Assembly (NCBI GenBank): GCA_046546115.1
Contig: JBKGYM010000001.1
Coordinates: 1-28,403 of the forward strand
Source of the DNA: Candidatus Woesearchaeota archaeon
GTDB taxonomy: Archaea > Nanobdellota > Nanobdellia > Woesearchaeales > CAZJJJ01
Direction of reading: 5' to 3'
Length of the DNA: 28,403 nt
This document shows, piece by piece, positions 16,326-25,068 of the stretch. The position numbers were made by a program, and so were the translations under genes. The stretch's first letter is position 1; each line of letters opens with the position of its first letter. A model generated the notes under the pieces. The model saw only the letters and a list, made by a program, of their open reading frames with translations. It was not told the origin of the DNA and did not search any database.

Positions 16326-17345
16326 ATGAAAGCAATAGATAAGACAATCATCTTCCTGGTCATAGTCATATCTATCGTTGGCTGGACTCAGATGTTTCAG
16401 GAGCATGGACCATTTGAGAACAGTAAGATCAATAGCGTATATGATAAAATAGAGATGGAAGTGTTTTTTTGCCCCAGGGATGACTGTAGAGAAGAGTTGA
16501 TATACAGGATAGAGCAAAGTGAAGAAATAAGATGTGCATTCTTTGATATTGATGATGATACATTGATCAAGGTCCTTGCTGAGAATGAGGCACAAGTTGT
16601 GATTGATGAGGATAACGCTGCTGAGGCAGACAGGTATGATATGAATATCTCTACAGCAGAGGGATCAGGATACATGCACAATAAATTCTGTGTATTTGAC
16701 GATGATCTGATAATGACGGGGTCAATGAATCCCACAGGGAATGGCATGAGAAAAAACAATAATAACGCCATATACATCACTTCAGATAAGCTTGCGCAGA
16801 ATTACCTGCATAAATTTGAGCAAATGTTTAAATATAACATTTTCAAGGATGACGACGCAGAACGCAGACCATTCCAGAAGATAGAAGATTTGGACAAGGG
16901 AATCTGGATAGAGAATCATTTCTGTCCTGAAGACAGATGTGAAGCTCAGATTTTAAGGCATATTGAACAAGCAGATGATAGCATACATTTCATGACGTTC
17001 AGCTTTACCAGCAAGGCAATAGCAGAAGATATTATAGAGAAGATGGAGGAAGTCAGAGTAAAAGGCATATTCGAGAATTGGGGCGCTGGCAGCGAATGGT
17101 CACAATACCAGACACTCAACAGACTTGATACCGGGAATTTCATACGCAAGAACATTAAAGGTAAGATGCACCACAAAGTCTTCATAATAGATGAAAAGAC
17201 AATCATCACAGGATCATATAATCCTTCAAAGAACGCAAACACTAATAACGATGAGAACATAGTCATAATACACGACAAAGAGATTTCGAAAGAATTCCTA
17301 GAAGAATTCAATTTGGTTTGGGATATGAATGGCTCAGGACAATGA
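16326..17345 (+). CDS. Phospholipase D superfamily nuclease/phosphodiesterase with N-terminal signal anchor
   Basis: Two intact HKD motifs (MHNKFCVFD...TGSMN and MHHKVFIID...TGSYN), two FCP.D motifs and a hydrophobic N-terminus. Confidence 0.9.
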   Translation: MKAIDKTIIFLVIVISIVGWTQMFQEHGPFENSKINSVYDKIEMEVFFCPRDDCREELIYRIEQSEEIRCAFFDIDDDTLIKVLAENEAQVVIDEDNAAEADRYDMNISTAEGSGYMHNKFCVFDDDLIMTGSMNPTGNGMRKNNNNAIYITSDKLAQNYLHKFEQMFKYNIFKDDDAERRPFQKIEDLDKGIWIENHFCPEDRCEAQILRHIEQADDSIHFMTFSFTSKAIAEDIIEKMEEVRVKGIFENWGAGSEWSQYQTLNRLDTGNFIRKNIKGKMHHKVFIIDEKTIITGSYNPSKNANTNNDENIVIIHDKEISKEFLEEFNLVWDMNGSGQ

Positions 17346-18303
17346 AATTTATGGCATAGGGGATGTGGCGATCAAGCTCATCATGCAAGTGGACAAGGAA
17401 AATCTTTCTAGATTGGATGTCTCCAAAGACAGGAACTTGTCTGTTGACATAGAGACTCGTGATAGGATACTTAAGAAAGCAAAAAATATCAGAAAAGATA
17501 TCAAGATTAAAAGTGACACATTCTATGTCATGAAAACACTGAACTCGCTTGGTGTGAAGACAAGCATGACATGTAAGATAGGGATGGATGAGTTCGGGAT
17601 GATATGCCAGAGTGAGTTAGAGAAGACAAGCATAGATATTGATTCAAAGATTGGGTTTGGTTGCACTGATTCCTGTTTGGAGTTCATAACTCCTGATCAG
17701 AGATCAACGAAGATATGGCATAGGGGTATCAGCAGAAACATAAACTACAAAGAGGTTGATGTACTGAAAGCAAAATCAGCAAAAGCCATCCTAATAGAAG
17801 AATCTATGCTCAATAATGCATCAAGAAGAAGAGCTGCCAGATTTGCTGCAAGGATATGCAAAGAGAATGGTGGAAAGATGATTTTCGACATGAATTCTCT
17901 GGATGTGATGCTGGATGACAAGGAGACTGTAGAAGAAATGATGGCTTTTGCTGATGTTGTCATAGCGCCCCATGATCAGATATACCTGCTGGCAGAATCT
18001 AACGGAAAGCAGGAGATTGCAGACAAGCTCAAGAAGGATGGAGATATCCTGATCATTAAAGAGAGGAAGGGATTCAATTTCAAGCAAGATGACGATACCT
18101 TCTTTGTTGATAGGCCTGACGGAGGGACAGAACATGCCGAGCAATATTTCACGGCAGGGATAATCTTCGGGACAATCATGGAATACAGATTAAGGGATAC
18201 TGGCAGAATTGCATCCTATTTATCAAGCAGAAAGATTGTGGACGATTCTATACTTGATGATCTGAACGAGATGTTCAGAGGAAGGGATAAGAATGAGAGA
18301 TGA
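17329..18303 (+). CDS. PfkB/ribokinase-family protein with a degenerate catalytic motif
   Basis: YGIGD, CKIGMDEFG, FITPDQRST, IFDMN match the PfkB fold; canonical GAGD is replaced by HAEQ in TEHAEQYFTAG. Confidence 0.7.
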   Translation: MAQDNEIYGIGDVAIKLIMQVDKENLSRLDVSKDRNLSVDIETRDRILKKAKNIRKDIKIKSDTFYVMKTLNSLGVKTSMTCKIGMDEFGMICQSELEKTSIDIDSKIGFGCTDSCLEFITPDQRSTKIWHRGISRNINYKEVDVLKAKSAKAILIEESMLNNASRRRAARFAARICKENGGKMIFDMNSLDVMLDDKETVEEMMAFADVVIAPHDQIYLLAESNGKQEIADKLKKDGDILIIKERKGFNFKQDDDTFFVDRPDGGTEHAEQYFTAGIIFGTIMEYRLRDTGRIASYLSSRKIVDDSILDDLNEMFRGRDKNER

Positions 18304-19189
18304 AAAGATGAAGGATGTTATATCAAATCTATTCAGAGGGATTGCGATGGGGTCTGCAGACATAATACCTGGTGTGTCGGGAGGGACAATCGCTCTCATC
18401 ACAGGGATATACGCGAGACTTATCGGAGCAATCAGAGGGATATTCAGCATGATTGAGACAGGAGAGTCTATATCTCTCATCACAGGAGACAATGCTCGAC
18501 GGAAGAAAATATTCAAGAAGTCGGACCCATCATTGATCCTCCCTCTTCTGACTGGAATATTTATCGCAGTATTTTTATTATCAAACTTGATTGTGCATCT
18601 CGTAGAGAACTTCGAGATAGGCACATATTCTTTCTTCATCGGCCTTGTGGTGGCTTCTTCAATACTTCTAGCATTCCAATCTGGCCTAGATAAGATGTAT
18701 AGAGTGTTGATCATGGCTATCGGCATCGCCATCGGTGCGCTGCTTGCAGGAATGCCTGCTACATTTCAATTCACTGGATGGGCAATCCTCTTCATCTCAG
18801 GTGCGGTTGCTATCACCGCGATGATACTGCCTGGCATATCAGGTTCATTGGTCATACTGATGTTAGGACAATATGAGAGGGTACTTCAAGCGGTAAAAGA
18901 CATAAGCATCTTGGAGATTTTGATATTCATATCTGGATGTATTGTCGGGCTAGGGGCCTTCTCTAATCTCTTGAGCAGACTCATGAGAGACCACGAGAAA
19001 AGCACAAAAGCTTTCCTTGTCGGTCTTATGCTCGGAAGCTTAAGATATCAGTGGGACATCATCAGTACAGCAGGGATAGAAGAACCATTGAAAGCAGCGA
19101 CTTCTTTGATGTTCATCACAATAGGCACCATGGTGATAATGTTAATCGGTTATCTGAGCCATACACGCTATAGAAGACAAGAAGCATGA
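18293..19189 (+). CDS. DUF368 family membrane protein (PopT-like polyprenyl-phosphate translocase)
   Basis: GIAMGSADIIPGVSGGTIALITGIY and AMILPGISGSLVILMLGQY repeats, with many TM helices. Confidence 0.92.
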   Translation: MRDEKMKDVISNLFRGIAMGSADIIPGVSGGTIALITGIYARLIGAIRGIFSMIETGESISLITGDNARRKKIFKKSDPSLILPLLTGIFIAVFLLSNLIVHLVENFEIGTYSFFIGLVVASSILLAFQSGLDKMYRVLIMAIGIAIGALLAGMPATFQFTGWAILFISGAVAITAMILPGISGSLVILMLGQYERVLQAVKDISILEILIFISGCIVGLGAFSNLLSRLMRDHEKSTKAFLVGLMLGSLRYQWDIISTAGIEEPLKAATSLMFITIGTMVIMLIGYLSHTRYRRQEA

Positions 19190-19195
19190 ATCTGT

Positions 19196-19858
19196 TCAAC
19201 CGAAGAACAATCGGAGCAATAGGATTGTGACTGAAGCGATCAAAGGAATATAGAAATTATCATCCAGTCTGAACATCACGTCCTCAGTCGTCTCGGCCGC
19301 CATTGCCATCGCTGAAGCGATAAATGCGAACAGAGGATCCACAAAAAAAGATGCTGCGATAGAAGATAGTATGATTCCGAACAAAGTACCCTCTATCACC
19401 TTAGGCAAGCCATCATCCCTCATGTGTTTTCTTATATAAGTGCCAGCTAGATGTGATACTGAATCCCCCACCGCAAGGATAGCGATAGATGCGAGCGCGA
19501 CATTCTCCGGAAAAATGAACAAGACCATGGTGCAGCCAAAGATATAGAAGAAAGCGCCTTTGCCCGGAAAAAGTTTTTTATCATCATCTCTATCAAAATG
19601 CTCAAGAAAGAAATCCAGCAGATTCGTCTTTCCTGCTTTTGTCAATAATGAGAGGACACCTCCGACAATAAGCACTAATGTCAGGGAAACAGCAACCTGG
19701 AAGTTGCTGAAAAGAATCACAGAGAAGATGATGAATATACCCATGATAAAGTGGAACAATTGACGCTTCACCTCGCGATACGGGTTCCTTGTATTGAATC
19801 TCTTGTTGAAGAAATCTTCCGCTGATCTTCTTAACTGGTTGTTCGTTCGCATATTCAA
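19196..19858 (-). CDS. Dolichol/phytol kinase-like CTP-dependent membrane kinase (COG0170)
   Basis: EVKRQLFH, LAVGDSVSHLAG, KVIEGT, DDNFYIP motifs; multi-TM; start overlaps the cca stop. Confidence 0.85.
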   Translation of the reverse strand: MNMRTNNQLRRSAEDFFNKRFNTRNPYREVKRQLFHFIMGIFIIFSVILFSNFQVAVSLTLVLIVGGVLSLLTKAGKTNLLDFFLEHFDRDDDKKLFPGKGAFFYIFGCTMVLFIFPENVALASIAILAVGDSVSHLAGTYIRKHMRDDGLPKVIEGTLFGIILSSIAASFFVDPLFAFIASAMAMAAETTEDVMFRLDDNFYIPLIASVTILLLRLFFG

Positions 19859-21180
19859 GCACTTCGTGGAATAAGAGTTCCTTTCTCTATATCATACTTG
19901 TGCTTCTCCTCTTTAATAGTCTTATGGATTATCTGCATATAATCAGTATGTTTGCGCGCAACACGCGCATAAATCTTTCCATCGTGCCAGAAAAGAGAAT
20001 GATGCTTTTTCTTGAATCTCTCAATGTCAGCGGACTTATCCTTTGGTGGCCCAGAACGTATTATCTCTGGATTTTTCTTTATATAAGATATAGAATTCTT
20101 GGTTATATATATCCAGACATAGGCATTTGAACTGGGCCATGCCCAACCAGAGTCAAATATATCAAACCCATTTTTTTTTAATCGTGACAACAGCAGATTG
20201 TAAAACTTCATAATCTTAGAACCGACAACATCTTTCTTTGCCTTTTTTGGAGTTATCCTCAGAATGATCTTTTCACAATGTGGCACATCATCCCTCTTCA
20301 ATCTTGCTAAAGAGAATCTCGGTTGGACAAAAAATGAATAACTGGGGTGAGAGGTGAACTCTCGAGCTTTATCCTTGAAAAGATCAAATTTCTTTTTAGA
20401 GAGAGCTGCTGCTGCATTTCTGTCAGGCTGGATGGGGTCTATCACAATCAAAGGGCTGATCTTCGATTCATTGAGGCTCTTGAGAACATGATCTTTATCA
20501 CGAAAATGATGCTCAACATCAATCACATGGTGGTTTTCCCATTCAGGAGACGCCTTCACCAAAGCTTCAAATGAACCATAATGGGATATCAGTATATCCA
20601 CAACATGTCCTGAAAATCCTTTTATATAAGACTCGGCACCATAACAACCGATCGCTTTCAAGAAAAGTTTCATGGCCACAGATTCTTTCACAATATCCTT
20701 ATCTTCCGCAAACTTGCTTTTCAGCCACAACACATGAAGGGGTGAACAATCTGTGACATTCCTTGCCTGTGATGATCCAGTGACCTTAAGAACAGGAACT
20801 ATCTCAAAATTGATAGGATACTTCCAGCTTAGTCTGTATTGGAAATAATCTCGTGAACCATGGACACGCTCGAATCTGTTTGAAGTCGCTCGTTCCACAG
20901 CAAGATGCAATATATCAGAAAGAGCAGATGAGAACTTAGCATACTTGTCCAGGTCAAAACGGACAAAAAGATCCACATCAAATTTACCTTTAAGGAATGT
21001 ACCCTTTGCGCTGGAGCCCCCATGAAAAACATCGGCCTTGATCTTTTCTTTATCCAATTCATCCTGGAGTGTAGATGAGAAACTAGCAATCTGGTCAAAA
21101 ATCTCCTTTAATTCCGCAGGTGAATAGGTGTTATTCCTGAAGGCTCTATCCACTAACCGTTGTATCCGTGTTTGGACCAT
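19855..21180 (-). CDS. cca: CCA-adding enzyme, archaeal class I
   Basis: GGSSAKGTFL...DVDLFV nucleotidyltransferase motif, HGSRDYFQ, YGAESYIKGFSG, IVIDPIQPDRNAAAAL. Confidence 0.96.
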   Translation of the reverse strand: MVQTRIQRLVDRAFRNNTYSPAELKEIFDQIASFSSTLQDELDKEKIKADVFHGGSSAKGTFLKGKFDVDLFVRFDLDKYAKFSSALSDILHLAVERATSNRFERVHGSRDYFQYRLSWKYPINFEIVPVLKVTGSSQARNVTDCSPLHVLWLKSKFAEDKDIVKESVAMKLFLKAIGCYGAESYIKGFSGHVVDILISHYGSFEALVKASPEWENHHVIDVEHHFRDKDHVLKSLNESKISPLIVIDPIQPDRNAAAALSKKKFDLFKDKAREFTSHPSYSFFVQPRFSLARLKRDDVPHCEKIILRITPKKAKKDVVGSKIMKFYNLLLSRLKKNGFDIFDSGWAWPSSNAYVWIYITKNSISYIKKNPEIIRSGPPKDKSADIERFKKKHHSLFWHDGKIYARVARKHTDYMQIIHKTIKEEKHKYDIEKGTLIPRSA

Positions 21181-21201
21181 AAAAGATGATTTGTTTTTTC
21201 A

Positions 21202-21212
21202 TTTATAAATAT
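21202..21212 (-). promoter_or_regulatory. TATA promoter of cca
   Basis: Minus strand TTTATAAA, first T at 21209, 29 nt before ATG 21180. Confidence 0.6.
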
Positions 21213-21230
21213 GACTCTAATAACATATCA

Positions 21231-22022
21231 TCAGAGACCATAAGCAGAAGCAAGCACCTTCAGATCTATAGCTCCATGAAGAGGATCGGGTGATTCATTT
21301 ATGATTGTGAGCTCAATTTCAGTCTTCGCTGCAGCCTCAAGCAAAGGCTTCAGAAACTCATCAGTCATCTGGATGTGATTGGTCTCGCCTTTCTCTGAAT
21401 ACTCGATGCCTGAAAAATGACAATGCAGTCTCTTCAGCTTATTTTCTGTGAATTTTCGGAAAATATCATCATAGTCTATCTTACCATTCTGTCTTGCGAA
21501 GATGTGTGCAAAATCAACACAGATCTTGCACCCAGTGTCCTGCATCAGCTGGAGAAGCTCATCAACATCACCAAACTGACTCTTCTTCCCTGTCGTCTCT
21601 GGACAAAGGTTTACCTGTAGTTTCTCCTTCTTGATCACATCGAGCAGATCCTTTATCTGGTCCCGTACAATATTATAAGAATCGTGTTTGTTCCTCTTCT
21701 GATAATATCCTGGATGAAACACTATAGAATCAGCCCCAAGATAATGACCTCTTCTGCATGAATCAAGGATACGTTTTTTTGAAGCTTCAACCTTATGTTC
21801 TTCAGAAGATAGGAGATTTATGTAATAAGGGGCATGTATGCTGAGCCTAAGACCAAGCTCTTTAGCAAGGGAGCCTACTTCCTTTGCCTTTTTCTCACCC
21901 ATGGTCACACCCCTGACAAACTCGATCTCTTGGGCATCAAGCCCTAATTCCTTGATTGTCTTGAGAGAAGATACAATATCGGGTGCAGCATTCCCTCCCG
22001 GCCCTGATAAAATTCTAGCCAT
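21231..22022 (-). CDS. nfo: Endonuclease IV (AP endonuclease family 2, archaeal COG0648 type)
   Basis: QEIEFVRGV, HAPYYINL, VFHPG, PETTGKKSQFG, VDFAH, HCHFSG, NES. Start moved to ATG 22022 (TTATTAAA 30 nt upstream). Confidence 0.9.
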   Translation of the reverse strand: MARILSGPGGNAAPDIVSSLKTIKELGLDAQEIEFVRGVTMGEKKAKEVGSLAKELGLRLSIHAPYYINLLSSEEHKVEASKKRILDSCRRGHYLGADSIVFHPGYYQKRNKHDSYNIVRDQIKDLLDVIKKEKLQVNLCPETTGKKSQFGDVDELLQLMQDTGCKICVDFAHIFARQNGKIDYDDIFRKFTENKLKRLHCHFSGIEYSEKGETNHIQMTDEFLKPLLEAAAKTEIELTIINESPDPLHGAIDLKVLASAYGL

Positions 22023-22111
22023 AGAACCATGGTACCATCTGTCGTTTAATAATCTGTCGCCAAGAACGGATATAGAAAAGTTTTTTATGGATTGGCCCAA
22101 TCCTTAAGCTG

Positions 22112-23356
22112 ATGAAATTCTCACACATAGCTGATTGTCACATAGGGTCATACAGAGACGAAAGGATGAGCAATCTCACATTAGAAGCTTTCAAGAGAGC
22201 CGTTGAGAATTCAATTGCCGAGAAGGTTGATTTTATATTGATTTCCGGCGATCTGTTCAATACTTCAATCCCCTCGATAGACAGTATCAAAGAGACTGCA
22301 AGCTTGCTGAGGAAGCTATATGTTGCAGGCATACCTGTGTATGTGATCGCAGGAAGCCATGATTTCTCCCCGTCAGGCAAGACGATGCTTGACGTCTTTG
22401 AGAATTCAGGATTATGCAAGAATGTCGCCAGAGGAAAGACTGATGAAGAGGGAAAATTGAAACTCACTTTCACTGTTGATGAAACGACAGATGCTAAGAT
22501 GACGGGCGTTGTGGGAAGAAGGGGGAGCCTTGAGCGGTCTTATTATGAAGCCATGGATAATGAGGAGATTGAGAATGCCAGTGGATTTAAGATATTCATG
22601 TTCCACAGCGCAATCACCGAACTCAAGCCTAAAGGTATGGAGAAGACAGAATCATCACCAATCAGTTACCTCCCAAAAGGCTTCAACTATTATGCAGGAG
22701 GTCATGTACACTCTGTCATCAAATATTCCTCTGATGAGCTTGGTGGAGTCATAGCTTATCCAGGACCTCTATTCCCTAACACTTTCAAGGAGATTGAGGA
22801 TCTTGAGCAGGGCGGATTCTATATCTTTGACTCTTCACATCCAGACCTTCTAAGGTTTATACCCATCAGATTAAAAGAAATCATCAAGATCGGGGTTGAT
22901 GCGACCATGAAGTCTCCCGAAGAAGTGCTCTCCGAATTGCACGAAAAGACAGAAAAAGAAGAACTGACAGACAAGATTGTCCTGATCAGGATATGGGGCA
23001 AGCTTGGGAATGGTAACACATCAGATGTGAAACTAGGAGAGACAATAGCAGAGATGTATGAACAAGGCGCATTCTTTATCCTCAGGAACACCGCTTCGCT
23101 CACTTCAGAATCATTTGAGGAGATGAGGCCAACAACAGAATCATTAGCAAACTTGGAACATGAGGTGATAGAGAAGAACACAGGCCAGATGAAATTCTCA
23201 AAAATCCCTCTGAAAGATGAGAAAGCCACCGCCAGGGAACTTGTAGAGATGTTAGACATAGAAAAACAAGAAGGTGAGACGAGCAAGGATTTTGAGGAGA
23301 GAGTCCTGGAGAATGCATCATTTCTTGATAAGCTGACTGATGAAGATACTGAATGA
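22112..23356 (+). CDS. mre11: Mre11/SbcD-like DNA repair exonuclease
   Basis: ADCHIG, GDLF, GSHD, FMFH, GGHVH, YPG metallophosphoesterase motifs plus a capping domain. Confidence 0.88.
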   Translation: MKFSHIADCHIGSYRDERMSNLTLEAFKRAVENSIAEKVDFILISGDLFNTSIPSIDSIKETASLLRKLYVAGIPVYVIAGSHDFSPSGKTMLDVFENSGLCKNVARGKTDEEGKLKLTFTVDETTDAKMTGVVGRRGSLERSYYEAMDNEEIENASGFKIFMFHSAITELKPKGMEKTESSPISYLPKGFNYYAGGHVHSVIKYSSDELGGVIAYPGPLFPNTFKEIEDLEQGGFYIFDSSHPDLLRFIPIRLKEIIKIGVDATMKSPEEVLSELHEKTEKEELTDKIVLIRIWGKLGNGNTSDVKLGETIAEMYEQGAFFILRNTASLTSESFEEMRPTTESLANLEHEVIEKNTGQMKFSKIPLKDEKATARELVEMLDIEKQEGETSKDFEERVLENASFLDKLTDEDTE

Positions 23357-23392
23357 CCATAAACTTCCAGTCACAGAGACACCCATCTAATC

Positions 23393-23408
23393 AAAAAAGT
23401 TTATAAAT
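23393..23408 (+). promoter_or_regulatory. BRE/TATA promoter of rps15
   Basis: AAAAAAGTTTATAAAT. Confidence 0.7.
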
Positions 23409-23439
23409 AGATTCTGGTTCGCAACGATTGATGAAAAGG

Positions 23440-23475
23440 ATGAGCCGGTCAAAAGGCTTGCTCATACCAGGTGAT
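23440..23475 (+). promoter_or_regulatory. Candidate structured leader upstream of rps15
   Basis: ATGAGC (23440-45) pairs with GCTCAT (23460-65), with inner GCC/GGC potential, just upstream of SD AGGTGA. Confidence 0.45.
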
Positions 23476-23479
23476 ATGA

Positions 23480-23935
23480 ATGGCAAAAAGATATTCTAGA
23501 GCGCACGGAAATTCTGGATCAAAAAAACCAGAAGAGAAAAGCTCTCCAAGTTGGATGAACTATAAACCTAAAGAAGCAGAGATGATTGTCGTAAAGCTTG
23601 CAAAAGAAGGCAACAGCCCATCAAGGATCGGCATGGTACTCAGGGACTCGTATGGAATTCCTGATATAAACGTCCTGACTGGAAAGAATATTACCAAAAT
23701 CCTTGAAGAAAAAAAGCAAAATCCTGAGATTCCAGAAGATCTTATGGCAGTAATCAGGAAAAGCATCAGCCTCAGTAAGCATCTGGAAGAGAATCACAAA
23801 GATTTCACTGCGAAAAGAGGTTTACAGTTGACAGATTCACGGATAAAAAGACTTGTGGAGTATTACAAGAAGATAGGCAAACTTCAGAAGGATTTCAAGT
23901 TCGATAGGAAGAGTATCAAATTATATGCACAGTAA
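23480..23935 (+). CDS. rps15: 30S ribosomal protein uS15 (archaeal S15/S13e)
   Basis: SRAHGNSGSKKP, SRIGMVLRDSYGIP, IPEDL, KRGLQLTDSRIKRLVEYYK. Confidence 0.97.
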   Translation: MAKRYSRAHGNSGSKKPEEKSSPSWMNYKPKEAEMIVVKLAKEGNSPSRIGMVLRDSYGIPDINVLTGKNITKILEEKKQNPEIPEDLMAVIRKSISLSKHLEENHKDFTAKRGLQLTDSRIKRLVEYYKKIGKLQKDFKFDRKSIKLYAQ

Positions 23936-23938
23936 AGC

Positions 23939-23956
23939 TTTTTTTATTTTATTTTT
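23939..23956 (+). terminator. Oligo-T terminator after rps15
   Basis: TTTTTTTATTTTATTTTT directly after the stop codon. Confidence 0.6.
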
Positions 23957-24044
23957 CTTAACTTTTATAATATTGCCACGAAATATATTTAAACATGAAT
24001 TATGATTGTACATTCTGACGGCGGAGAAAGATAGGACCCTAGAG

Positions 24045-24446
24045 ATGATAATGAAAGATTCAACACATGAGAATGCTGTTGAGATTTTCGCTAACAGAAT
24101 ATTGAGAAAAGTGAAAGAATACAAGCATAAGCCTGCCGATGGATCCATCACATCAAACATAGAAGGCACAGATGCTGTGGGGATAAGCCTGTATAGATAT
24201 TTCTTGCCCATGCTTACGTTCAATCCTAAGGTATACCAGAGAATGGATGAAAAACTCCGCGAGATCTCAGAACCTGAAGAGAAGGTCTATAAAGAGTTTG
24301 ACGGAGAGGAGACAAGGTATAACAAAGGGCGTTTTTTTAGCATTGGAGAACATACAATAATATTAAGCAGTGATATGTCAGTGTCAATTGATGAGGAAAA
24401 AGGACAATACATGAGGGACAACAGGATATATGTCTTGCTGGAATGA
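24045..24446 (+). CDS. Hypothetical protein
   Basis: Open frame of about 133-146 codons with protein-like composition filling the gap between rps15 and the kinase. No family recognised; start uncertain (TTG 24006, ATG 24045 or 24051). Confidence 0.6.
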   Translation: MIMKDSTHENAVEIFANRILRKVKEYKHKPADGSITSNIEGTDAVGISLYRYFLPMLTFNPKVYQRMDEKLREISEPEEKVYKEFDGEETRYNKGRFFSIGEHTIILSSDMSVSIDEEKGQYMRDNRIYVLLE

Positions 24447-24453
24447 TATCATC

Positions 24454-25014
24454 TCATTTTCCCTTCCTGAGATCCGAATACAAGCGATCAAGCACAGAGA
24501 ATAACTCTTTTTTGGTCTTATACCTGTTTTGGAGCACAATGGTTGCCATCCTGGACACTTGTCCCATCTTCTGCCCAAACTCGTCTTTAGATTCCATCTC
24601 TTTACGTTCTTTCGCAAGGAATTCCTCAAGATTGCTGTATTTCTCACCATCTCGTCTCCTGCTGTTCACACGTTCAAATCTCATGGTATCGGGTGATGTG
24701 ACATTCACCAAGTGGAAATCCTCCAGGCGCTTCAGCTCTTTCACCTCTGCAGGATTCCGTATGGAGACAACAACATAATCTTTCCTCGGCATCATCTTCT
24801 GCTTTGCAATTTTAGCAAGGATCCAGGGACCAAATTTCTTCCTGAGTTCATTGCCCTTGTGAATGAGATTGTCCCGCGTCAGCGCAATGTCATCCTGGAT
24901 ACATTGATCACGTATGATGTCAGAAAGAGAGATACGGATAAACCCTTTTGAGAGAAAATATTCAGCTACAGTATCCTTGCCAGCACCATAGCCACCCGTA
25001 AGTCCGATAATCAT
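24454..25014 (-). CDS. P-loop nucleotide monophosphate kinase-like protein (dephospho-CoA kinase/dNMP kinase fold)
   Basis: IIGLTGGYGAGKDT, SLSDIIR, SIRNPAEV, RFER. ATG 25014 is 29 nt from TATAAATA. Confidence 0.75.
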   Translation of the reverse strand: MIIGLTGGYGAGKDTVAEYFLSKGFIRISLSDIIRDQCIQDDIALTRDNLIHKGNELRKKFGPWILAKIAKQKMMPRKDYVVVSIRNPAEVKELKRLEDFHLVNVTSPDTMRFERVNSRRRDGEKYSNLEEFLAKERKEMESKDEFGQKMGQVSRMATIVLQNRYKTKKELFSVLDRLYSDLRKGK

Positions 25015-25068
25015 GGGATAGATAACCATAAAGGATATTTATATCTTCTGAGAAGTAGTATGGAAATA

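Noticed and set aside
23429-23479. UGAUGA at the predicted rps15 TSS as a C/D box sRNA
   Set aside because: No CUGA D box follows, and the region leads straight into the rps15 SD.
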